From Aureliella sp. (GTDB taxonomy: Bacteria; Planctomycetota; Planctomycetia; Pirellulales; Pirellulaceae): 64,000 nt of DNA. Positions 50,450-59,623 of this stretch are shown here, in pieces (the stretch's first letter is position 1; each line of letters opens with the position of its first letter). Position numbers and translations under genes: made by a program. Under the pieces are notes generated by a model that was not told the DNA's origin, searched no databases, and saw only the letters and a list, made by a program, of their open reading frames with translations. The stretch lies in contig OY829846.1 in the NCBI GenBank assembly GCA_963691875.1, positions 192,001-256,000 on the forward strand, written 5' to 3'.

Positions 50450-51886
50450 TCAGTTGGTGGTCCGTCTGTCCCGCTCCGACTTCGCTTTGAATTCTCGCGC
50501 CATATTTTGCGGAATCCACCTTGCCAGTTTATCACGCATTGCTTTGTGTTGCGGGGCGTTGGCAAGGTTCGTGAACTCATCGGGGTCTTTTCTGTGATCG
50601 TATAGTTCTCTTGCTCCATCTTCATAGGCTATCAAGTGCCAGTTACGCGTGCGAATGGAGTGGTTGCCGAAGTAGGAAGAAGTGATCGCAGGTCGAAGGC
50701 GTGAAACGCTTGGGTCTTCGATCTGCGGGAGCAAAGAGGTACCCTCCGCGTGCGATGCCTTGGGCAGTCCACATGCTTCCAGTAAGGTCGGATAGACGTC
50801 GAGTAGGCTGACAGCTTCCAGGCAGGCATCTCCAGGCGGAATACCAGGGCCCGCGAAAAGAAGGGGGACTCGGGTGGATTCTTCCCACAGGGTGCGTTTT
50901 GCCCAGTGTTGCTTCTCACCAAGGTGAAAGCCATGGTCGCTCCACAGGGCGACAATCGTGTTATTCGCATGTGGGCTAGCGGCGAGCCCATCCATCACGA
51001 TGCCAACACAATGGTCAACAAAACTTATCGATGCCAAATAGGCCTGAGATAGACTCCTTTGCTTTCCGTGCTCAATCACTTCGCTATGTGTCGGAGCTAC
51101 AGCATAGTCGTTGATTCGAAGAAAATTGTTCGGCAGATCATTTAGATCTACAAGTGGATTGTTAGGCAGGCTGATCTTCTCCTGATCGTAAAGTTCAAAC
51201 CACTTGGGCGGCACAAACAGGGGAACATGAGGGCGAAAGAACCCCAGCGACATGAAGAACGGTTTGTCGTGCTCACTCTCAAGCACGCCAATAGCGTCGA
51301 CGGCAAGTTGATACTCACCCATTTCGTTGTCGTTCTCCGGAAAAGCTCCCCAGTCCCAAGCTTTGCTCCAATGAGCAGGACGATTCATCGCTTTCTTTGG
51401 GCGAGGGCTCGGCTTGCGTCCAAAAAAATGGTCGATATCACTGGCTAGTCGGCCGCCAAAACCATGGTGCAAGACCTTACCGCCAGAATAAGTCGTGTAG
51501 CCTTGCTCTTTGAAATAGCTGTGAATGGTTGGAACGTTGCGGAGGGCCGGCAACTGCTCGTACTTCGGTCCGAGTTCGTAGCTTCCATGGGTCGTGGGGG
51601 CGACGCCTGACATCACACTGATTCGCGATGCGGAGCAAACTGGAACAGCACAATGGGCATTTGCAAAAACCCTTCCTCGTGCTGCCAACGCATCCATATT
51701 GGGCGTCAATGCGTTCGGATGTCCGCCTAAGAATCCTACCCAGTCGTTGAGATCGTCAATGCATATCATTACGACGTTCGGCCTCGTCTTAGGCTCATCC
51801 GCCGCAACGCCGTCTGCGAATTGCACTAAGCCGAGGAGATAAAGGCTAATAATCGAATAGATTGATTGTTTTGAAAAGGTGCTCAT
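50450..51886 (-). CDS. Sulfatase (iduronate-2-/choline-sulfatase-like)
   Basis: CIDDLNDW, CSASRISVMSG, GKVLH, GFFRPHVP, WSDHGFHLGEK; ATG 51886 overlaps the upstream stop. Confidence 0.92.
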   Translation of the reverse strand: MSTFSKQSIYSIISLYLLGLVQFADGVAADEPKTRPNVVMICIDDLNDWVGFLGGHPNALTPNMDALAARGRVFANAHCAVPVCSASRISVMSGVAPTTHGSYELGPKYEQLPALRNVPTIHSYFKEQGYTTYSGGKVLHHGFGGRLASDIDHFFGRKPSPRPKKAMNRPAHWSKAWDWGAFPENDNEMGEYQLAVDAIGVLESEHDKPFFMSLGFFRPHVPLFVPPKWFELYDQEKISLPNNPLVDLNDLPNNFLRINDYAVAPTHSEVIEHGKQRSLSQAYLASISFVDHCVGIVMDGLAASPHANNTIVALWSDHGFHLGEKQHWAKRTLWEESTRVPLLFAGPGIPPGDACLEAVSLLDVYPTLLEACGLPKASHAEGTSLLPQIEDPSVSRLRPAITSSYFGNHSIRTRNWHLIAYEDGARELYDHRKDPDEFTNLANAPQHKAMRDKLARWIPQNMAREFKAKSERDRRTTN

Positions 51887-53280
51887 TTCTGCATCACTTC
51901 TTCTGACCAATGTTCATGGAGACGTTGCAATTGCTTCACAAGCTCGGGTTGCTCACTGGCGTAGTCTTTCGTTTCAGGCCGTTCATCGGATAAATTATGC
52001 AAAGTAAGCCGAGCGGCGGGATTCGGATTCGCGGCAGTCTTTCTTCCTGTTTCACCAATCAATTTCCAGTGACCTTCTCGAACCGCCCATTTGTTGGACC
52101 ATTGAAAGTGCAAGACAGGATGAGCGCTGGGGGCTGTTGAATCTTGAATCACGGGTAACATGCTGCGTCCATCGAGTTCATGATCGGGTTTGGAGATGTC
52201 GGCAAGTTCAAGCACTGTTGGTAGCCAATCCATCACCGTGACCGTCTGATCACGAACTTCTGTAGTTGGAAGTGCCTTGGGAAAACTGATGATGGCAGGT
52301 ACGCGTATACCACCCTCGAAAAAGTTGCCCTTGTGGCCAATCCACTTGCCAGTGTTTCCGCCGCCACCATGCGCACTGTAATAGTGCCCTTTGGGATAAC
52401 CACTGATATGGTTCTCTGTGCTTATCCGACTACCTTCCTCTGTGGAGTGCCCATTGTCGCTCATGAAGATGATGATCGTATCGTCACGCTCGCTGATGGA
52501 TTCCAATTTTGCGATGATTTGCCCGATGTGATCGTCGACAGAGGAAACAACGCGAGCGTAAGATTGTCGCGGCATTGGTAGATCGCTGTAGGCATCCGCG
52601 AACTTGCTCGTCGGCTGCTCTGGATAATGCGGCAAGTTAAAGGAAACCATCATCAAGAATGGCTTTTCCCGGGGGTGTTCCAAGTACTTTAGTACCTGAC
52701 CGACCAGCAAGTCAGGATAATATTCGTCCTTCCGAAAGATTTCCTTGCCGTCATCTTGCAAATCGTGATAGCCGTTTCCGTGCAGGAAGCAGTGGCGATA
52801 GTTGTCGATAAAGCCTGCGTAGTGCCCAAAGAACCGATCAAAACCCTGCTCCAGTGGCCCGTGTCCTTGCTTGGCACCAAGATGCCATTTGCCAAACAGG
52901 GCAGTGTCGTAGCCCTCCGCTTTCAGGATCTCCGCGATCGTCAGTTCTTCCGCAGCCATATTCGTATTACGTTTGTCGCTGCCGTTGCGGTCGCCTTGCG
53001 TCCAGTTGTTAACTCCGCTTCTCTGCGGATGCCGTCCCGTCATCAGGCCAGCTCGTGATGGGCAGCACAGCGCATGTGCGTAAGCTTGTGTGAATCGAAT
53101 TCCTTGTTTTGCTAAGCGATCAATGTTCGGCGTCTGAAGATCCGTAGAGCCGTAACAATTGGCGTCCAGCGTTCCTTGGTCGTCGGTGAACAGGATTAGC
53201 ACGTTTGGCTTTTCTGCAGCTTCAGCTCTTAGGAAGCCAAAGAGGACAAATGCAACAAAAAGCCAGATCTTAAAAGACAT
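51883..53280 (-). CDS. Arylsulfatase A-like sulfatase
   Basis: Signal peptide, TDDQG, CCPSRAGLMTG, GKWHLG, SDNG, EGGIRVP. Confidence 0.93.
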   Translation of the reverse strand: MSFKIWLFVAFVLFGFLRAEAAEKPNVLILFTDDQGTLDANCYGSTDLQTPNIDRLAKQGIRFTQAYAHALCCPSRAGLMTGRHPQRSGVNNWTQGDRNGSDKRNTNMAAEELTIAEILKAEGYDTALFGKWHLGAKQGHGPLEQGFDRFFGHYAGFIDNYRHCFLHGNGYHDLQDDGKEIFRKDEYYPDLLVGQVLKYLEHPREKPFLMMVSFNLPHYPEQPTSKFADAYSDLPMPRQSYARVVSSVDDHIGQIIAKLESISERDDTIIIFMSDNGHSTEEGSRISTENHISGYPKGHYYSAHGGGGNTGKWIGHKGNFFEGGIRVPAIISFPKALPTTEVRDQTVTVMDWLPTVLELADISKPDHELDGRSMLPVIQDSTAPSAHPVLHFQWSNKWAVREGHWKLIGETGRKTAANPNPAARLTLHNLSDERPETKDYASEQPELVKQLQRLHEHWSEEVMQK

Positions 53281-53400
53281 CGGGGGAAAGCTTTGAGGTA
53301 CCGGTATGTTGGGTTTAGATTGACTTGGTTTTAACAGCTTAGCAGAACGTCCATCAGATTGGCCGATGTCAACTTCGAGTAAGAAAAGTTACGGCACTTG

Positions 53401-53420
53401 CCTGCCTATCGTTAGGTAGG
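53401..53420. promoter_or_regulatory. Palindromic operator-like site upstream of the TetR relic
   Basis: CCTGCCTA-TCGT-TAGGTAGG (7/8 dyad); related AGTACCTA...TAGGTACT at 54072-54099. Confidence 0.5.
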
Positions 53421-53466
53421 TATTCATGCGGGTAACCCAATGGGTGAGATCGCCGGAATTGACGAG

Positions 53467-54040
53467 ATGCCTGTCCAAGATACCTAAGAAAAGTTGCTCG
53501 ATGTGGCCTGAGAGGTGATATGGTTCCGTGGGCATAACGGGAGGAGTTCGTGAAGATCTGAGTGACTCAGTCGGGATTCGCAAGGCCAGCCTCCTCTATC
53601 ATTTTGCCAGCAAAATCCAAATGGTCGATGCGTTGCAGAGGCAATACTTAGACGAGTTTGGCCGACAGCCCGACGGGATCTTGTCGATTAAGACGAGCGG
53701 CAGAGAAAAAGCTTCGGCGTAACTGCAATCTGTTTGTGGAGACTCTTAATGTAGGTCAGCACTACATGGGGTGTGTTGGCCGGATGGCAATGGCGGAACT
53801 GCTCAGTCGCGACGAGTCGGACAAGCACAATGTCACGAGTTTTTTGCAAGCCAATCGGTTTGTGTTGGAACCAAACATGGTTGAAGGCATCAAGTATGGT
53901 TCCTTGAAGTCCTCAACCTCCGTGAAGGCAACGCCGAGGATGATCCTGGCCACGTTATAGAGTGGACTGCTCGTCGCTCGTTGTGACGGCGGCCCGACAC
54001 AATTGTAAGAGATCGCGACGCAAATCATTCGGTTGCTGGC
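53467..54040 (+). pseudogene. TetR/AcrR (NemR-like) regulator pseudogene
   Basis: MPVQDT*EKLLDVA*..RGHNG; DLSDSVGIRKASLLYHFASK HTH; later GCVGRMAMAELLS; stops/frameshifts. Confidence 0.75.
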
Positions 54041-54109
54041 GGCATCATTCAATCATCAAATTATTAGCCAGAGTACCTACCCTCACGTACTTAGGTACTC
54101 AAGGCTTAG

Positions 54110-54249
54110 CTATAGCAATTCAACTTGGAATCGTCGTCGGTGGATCAAAGAGAATGGGCTCGGGGTCTGCGAAAGAGATTCTGCAGCAAGGCGTGGATGT
54201 ATTGTTGATAGCCAGTAGCGAAGAAAAACTCCTGGCGGCAAATCGCTAG
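54110..54249 (+). pseudogene. Short-chain dehydrogenase N-terminal relic
   Basis: GIVVGGSKRMGSGSAKEILQQGVDVLLIASSEEKL resembles a decayed GGSxGxG Rossmann start. Confidence 0.55.
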
Positions 54250-54938
54250 CCTCATATCTAATTGTGGTAGGGTCCGGCAAATACATTGGCCAAGATATCA
54301 TTTAGTCTCCTGCGCACAGCGGGCAGTAACCCGGATATCCAAGCAGAAGACCGTTTCTTTCCTCTTTCTGCCGAGCTATCCCGATGCTTACTTACCTTCC
54401 TTCTGCCACTGCTGCTTGTGTCGACAAGTCTTGTGCCGCCGAGCACGCCGGTCACCAACTTCCTGACCAAGGATGACTCCAAGACTCCCCTAGCACGACA
54501 GGCCTTCGTAGCGTCTCAGGCGGATGGTGGATTCCGTCAGATTTCCGTCCTTGCCCGGCAAACTCCGTAGGTCGCCAGACCTGGTGACTATGTTTTGACT
54601 TACTATGCTGGCGAGCAACTGATGACGACGCTCGATTTCACGATCGAGGCGGAAAGTAACGGCGACGAATTCCAGCCGAAGACACATACGGTACCTACTG
54701 CATTGTCCTTCGCAAAAACAAGGAACGCTACGGAAATTGGCCCTTCGAAGCGCAGGACAGTTGACCGCAGCTTCATGCACGCCAAGCCGGGAGCTACGCA
54801 CCGCGGAGCGGCCACATCGTTGCACCCGCCTCTGGAGCCTCGGCCTGGAGCCAGTTCGCTGCAATAGGGAACAGAGCTATACTGATAGGTTGACCCTAGT
54901 ATTAGTCTCTCATTCGCTCTTGTTCAGGCTTCCCGTTG

Positions 54939-56783
54939 ATGTCCATCACGTTTCGAATCCCGGTTTTAGCTCTTCTGTTTTCCGGCCTGTTGCGGATGGA
55001 TTTAGCGGCGCAAGAGCTTCCCCATTCTTTCGCAAGACCCGATCAAGTTGTGGTGAAGCACTTGCACCTCGACCTTAGCGTTGACTTCGAAGAGAAACGA
55101 TTAGCCGGGGCGGCGACTTTGACCGTCGAGCGAAGGGAAAAGGCCGTGAATCAGCTGCGTTTGGATACGCGCGGTCTTGATATCAAAGCAGTTTCTTGCG
55201 GCGAAGCGGAGCTCGATTGGGCTCTCGGCGAAGAGGACGCCCAACTCGGGAAAGTTCTGACGATCACCCTGCCGAAGTATGATTCGCTAAGTAGTGATCG
55301 CATCAAGATCGAATATGCAACTCGACCGTCTGCAGAAGCTCTGCAATGGCTGACTCCGGAGCAAACAACTGACAAACAGTATCCCTTTCTGTTTACCCAG
55401 TCGCAAGCGATCCTAGCGCGTACTTGGGTGCCCTGTCAGGATACGCCTGCCGTGCGAATGACTTACTCTGCGAAGATTAAGGTACCGGCAGAACTAATGG
55501 CCGTGATGAGCGCATCGAATCCGCAGGAGAAGAATGCTTCTGGATTCTATGAGTTCGAGATGAAACAGCCGATCCCTTCTTACTTGCTCGCAATGGCAGT
55601 CGGCGATTTGCAATTTCGAGAACTTGGGCCGCGAAGTGGTGTTTACTGCGAGCCTTCGGTTTTGAAGAGAGCCGAGTGGGAACTAGCGGATACGGAGCGA
55701 ATGATTGAAGCAGCGGAAGAACTGTACGGCGAGTATCGTTGGGATCGCTATGATGTGATCTTCTTGCCTTCTAGCTTTCCATTCGGCGGCATGGAGAACC
55801 CGCGTCTTACGTTTGCAACTCCGACGATCTTGGCGGGTGATCGATCGCTAGTCGCGCTCATTGCGCATGAACTTGCTCACTCTTGGTCCGGAAACTTGGT
55901 AACCAATTCGACTTGGAACGACTTCTGGTTGAACGAAGGATTCACGGTTTACTTTGAGCAGCGAATCATGGAAGCCATCTATGGTCGGCAGTATTCCGAG
56001 ATGCTGGCACGATTGACGCTCGACGGCTTGTTAGCTGAACTCACGGAGCTCGACGAGCGTGATACTTGGTTGAAACTCGACTTGGCTAATCGCAATCCTG
56101 ATGATGGGATGACGGCCGTAGCCTACGACAAGGGGTACTTTTTTCTGCGGATGCTTGAGGAGGAAGTGGGCCGGGAGAAATGGGATGCTTTTCTTAAGCA
56201 ATACTTCCAGAAGTTTGCTTTTCAAAGCATGACAACCGAAGGTTTCCTGCAATACCTCGAAGCTAACCTGGATGCTGGTATCAACTTGAATGCTTGGGTT
56301 TACTCAGCCGGCCTACCCGACAATTGTCCGGAAGTCAAAACAGACGAGTTGGCGACGGTTGCCCAGGCCGCCAAAGACTTTCTTGGCGGCCAAAGTGCCG
56401 AGCGAATTCAATCCTCTTACGAGACGGCAGATTGGACCACGCATCACTGGAATCACTTTTTGCGCTCCTTCAAGACGGTTGACCTGTCCATCGCGCAGAT
56501 GCAAGATCTGGATGCCGTTTTCAAGTTCAGTAAATCCGGTAATTCCGAGATCACGCATGACTGGTTGTGGTTGGTGATTGATGCAGAGTACGAGCCAGCT
56601 TACTTAAGACTGGAGTCATTCTTGACCAGTCAAGGTCGCCGTAAATTTTTACAACCTCTGTATCAGAAGCTTGCCGAAACCGAAGAGGGACTGATCCGTG
56701 CGAAAGAGATCTACACAATTGCTCGTCCTGGCTATCACTCGGTTTCTAGTTCTACGATCGATGGAATCCTGGGAGTTGAATAG
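54939..56783 (+). CDS. M1-family aminopeptidase (leukotriene A4 hydrolase-like), exported
   Basis: FTQSQAILAR..PCQDTP, GGMEN, HELAH-x18-E (WLNEG), AYDKG, GRRKF. Confidence 0.95.
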   Translation: MSITFRIPVLALLFSGLLRMDLAAQELPHSFARPDQVVVKHLHLDLSVDFEEKRLAGAATLTVERREKAVNQLRLDTRGLDIKAVSCGEAELDWALGEEDAQLGKVLTITLPKYDSLSSDRIKIEYATRPSAEALQWLTPEQTTDKQYPFLFTQSQAILARTWVPCQDTPAVRMTYSAKIKVPAELMAVMSASNPQEKNASGFYEFEMKQPIPSYLLAMAVGDLQFRELGPRSGVYCEPSVLKRAEWELADTERMIEAAEELYGEYRWDRYDVIFLPSSFPFGGMENPRLTFATPTILAGDRSLVALIAHELAHSWSGNLVTNSTWNDFWLNEGFTVYFEQRIMEAIYGRQYSEMLARLTLDGLLAELTELDERDTWLKLDLANRNPDDGMTAVAYDKGYFFLRMLEEEVGREKWDAFLKQYFQKFAFQSMTTEGFLQYLEANLDAGINLNAWVYSAGLPDNCPEVKTDELATVAQAAKDFLGGQSAERIQSSYETADWTTHHWNHFLRSFKTVDLSIAQMQDLDAVFKFSKSGNSEITHDWLWLVIDAEYEPAYLRLESFLTSQGRRKFLQPLYQKLAETEEGLIRAKEIYTIARPGYHSVSSSTIDGILGVE

Positions 56784-57209
56784 TTAGATCGCAAAGCGCG
56801 ATTGATCTAAGCTTTGTCTGCCAGAAGTTGCACATTAACAGTTGCTCATCCAGCTGACTGTTGGGGAGGTGCTCGAATCGGAATGCCATTTCCGCTCGGC
56901 TAACAAGACGCGTCGAAGTTGTCGCAGCAAAACGAAATGTTTTGAATTATTTGTTTACACGCGAAGTAATTCGCTCGAAGGCCAAGGAACCAGCGGAACT
57001 TAGCTGTATCGTTGGTGTGGAGATTATCTCGCCAACCCCATGAGCAGGTGAAATATCAGGTGGGCGTTGGGTGAAACTCCAATTTGCATTGGTAAAAGCG
57101 GTTGCAGATTCTCGCGTCACAGCTTAACGATTAAACTGTTCGGTGCTATTCGATTGGCCTTTTGTGTCTCTCAAGCTTTGATATCCAACTCGTCAGGTCC
57201 AAAAACATA

Positions 57210-58040
57210 ATGTTCATTCGTTGCCCTTGGGTCCTTCTCGCCATCTTTCCCCTGTCTGGTTGGATCTGCAACGTCCAAGAGGCAAAGCTGTTATTCGAAG
57301 ACGATTTTGATCGAAACGAATCGCAGGAAGTCAAAGAGGAGCTTGGCGGTCGTTGGAGTACCAACAGTGAGAAAAGGGCGCACGGCAACAAGCAGTGTGA
57401 CTTGAAGGATGACGCACTTTTTCTGACACGTCACAAAACAGCTGATCACGGCGTGTCGTTAGTCCACCCCGCAAAATATGGCGATTGCCGCGTCCAGCTT
57501 AAGTTTCGTATTGATGACAAGCGGGATGATTTCGGAATTGACTTTGCCGATACGGGCTGCAAAGAAGTTCATGCGGGGCATATTTGTAAAGTGATCTTTC
57601 GTCCTTCTGTTGTAGAGATTTTCGATTTTAAGAATGGCAGAATGAAAAAGACTTTTCGCGATGCCGTTAAGGCGAACAATGCCACCGATGAGCAGATGGC
57701 CGCGGTGGCGAAGTGGCAGCGCAAGTTTGACGCTCCCGTTTCACGGGGAAAGTGGCATGACGCGATTGTTACCATTCGACGCGGCGAAATGGTCGTCGAG
57801 TTGGATGGGAAGCAGATAGGAGCATTTAAGTCACCTGGAATGGCTCACCCTGAGATGAATCTTATTCGCTTCTCGGCACGAAGACAGGCCGGAATGGATG
57901 ACGTGAAGATGTATTCGCTGGAGCAAAAGCGAGATGCTAGATCATCGAGACGGCTGCTTGACGTTTCTGTCGCCTCTACTCACCAGATGGCAGGCTCGAG
58001 TGTGGTGTTTTGCGTTGCTGTGGTGGCAGTGCGAGGGTGA
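57210..58040 (+). CDS. Hypothetical exported protein, concanavalin-A/DUF1080-like beta-sandwich
   Basis: LLFEDDF, HAGHICKV, GKWHDAIVTI.RGEMVVELDG, GMAHP, DDVKMY; the C-terminal tail may be read-through. Confidence 0.6.
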   Translation: MFIRCPWVLLAIFPLSGWICNVQEAKLLFEDDFDRNESQEVKEELGGRWSTNSEKRAHGNKQCDLKDDALFLTRHKTADHGVSLVHPAKYGDCRVQLKFRIDDKRDDFGIDFADTGCKEVHAGHICKVIFRPSVVEIFDFKNGRMKKTFRDAVKANNATDEQMAAVAKWQRKFDAPVSRGKWHDAIVTIRRGEMVVELDGKQIGAFKSPGMAHPEMNLIRFSARRQAGMDDVKMYSLEQKRDARSSRRLLDVSVASTHQMAGSSVVFCVAVVAVRG

Positions 58041-58129
58041 CTTTGTAGCTGTCCCTGTGGTCATTGCGGCGACTGCTTGAGCGGTTGTGAACATGCTAGG
58101 CGAAAGCTCGATTCCCTCAATCAAGACAT

Positions 58130-58900
58130 TCTCCTGATGCCCGTCCTTTTTTTTCCCTTGTATTGGTTTGGAAACGCCATTGCCCGAACGGCTGGGCATT
58201 TTCAACTTTTCGATCATCAACTCATGCACCTTCACTCCTTGTGCAATGAGCATATGGCCTTTTCTATCTAGTACGGGCTTCGCGAAAATCGTTCCTTCAG
58301 TGATTTGAGCGACCGACGACTCTATCAACCATCAACTGTCACTTGCAATCACTTTGGACAAAGTGCGAACGACGTTATGATCGTATTCTGGGCTGTTCTC
58401 TAGAATTTCCAGCGCCTCTCTTGGGGAAAGGCTGGAGCTGTATCTTTGGTAGTCCCCAATCGCTCGCAGGATGCGAGAAGCGCGCGGTGTCGGATCCTTA
58501 ATGGGAACGCACTGATGTTGCACAATCTTGCCGATAGGTTCCAACCGAGGAATTTCTGAGATGAGTTTGTTTGCGAGCTGAGGCGTCTCTGAACCTGCCA
58601 ATCCCGGAACGCTTGGTTTAACTTCGAGTTCAATTCCTGTTCCGAACAATCGATATCAAGACAGTCATCGAATTCTACTTCGAAGGCGAACTGAAAAGTT
58701 GGAAGATCCGAACGATCGAAAACATTCAAGATACTTTCGCAATAGTTCTGTAGCTCGGCAACTGAGTTCTCATTCCATGTGTTCCCCATATTCCAGAAAC
58801 ACACACGACGGGAAAGTCTTATACGCATGGTTGCGACTTTACGAATGCCGGTCTTCTTCCGTCACACTCGCTTCGGGGGAGTTTGGATGGTCGGTCTTGC
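58130..58900 (-). pseudogene. HD-domain (HD-GYP-like) signalling protein relic
   Basis: ANKLISEIPRLEPIGKIVQHQ..ASRILRAIGDY..EALEIL..YDHNVV, in-frame TGA at 58332, then ITEGTIFAKPVLDRKGHMLIAQG. Confidence 0.6.
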
Positions 58901-59623
58901 GACCGATGATAGTCATTGATGGCCTAGAGCGATAAGACCTGCATGGTTCTGCCCAGTGTTTCCTAAAGTTCGCCTACGGATGTGCTCCTGAAACATAGAA
59001 ACGAGATGAGCTAGCTGACTTGCTCACGCGGATGCCGAGCAAGCACAATAAGTCGCCAACACAGGGCAACGAACCACGTCCTGCTTTAGATCTATTACCG
59101 CCTAGATCTTCCCCAAGCTGATCTGCAGAGACAAAGGTGAGAGTGTACTTCACATACAGTGTCTTGTGAGTGTGCCCGATAAATGAAAGTTTTCACGCTT
59201 GTGAATCGGCCTACTGTAAATCTTGCGTCATTTTCCTTGTTGGTGGCGAGGCAATCCCTTAGGAGTCGATTCGTAGATCCGTACATCGTTTCAGATGCAG
59301 TACCTGAAATGAATTTGACACCTCATTGAACTAACGGATCAGACGGAATGATGCATAGGAGTGTTCGAGGGTACCTGGCGAGAATGCAGCAATTTAGTCG
59401 TGTTTACGCGCAGCAGTAAACGCCTTTGCTGGCCATCGTTTAGGCCCGACAAGAAAAACTACGGCAGGTCTGTAAAAAGTTGGTTGGACAGGCTTGGGCT
59501 TCTTTGCAAGAAAGGACTCCTCGTTAGTCCAACATTCCTGGCTTATCGCAAGAAATGAATCTTCTTGATTACAATGAAGATTTTTAAAATTGAACTCGCT
59601 CAATATGCACGGTTGTTAACTTC

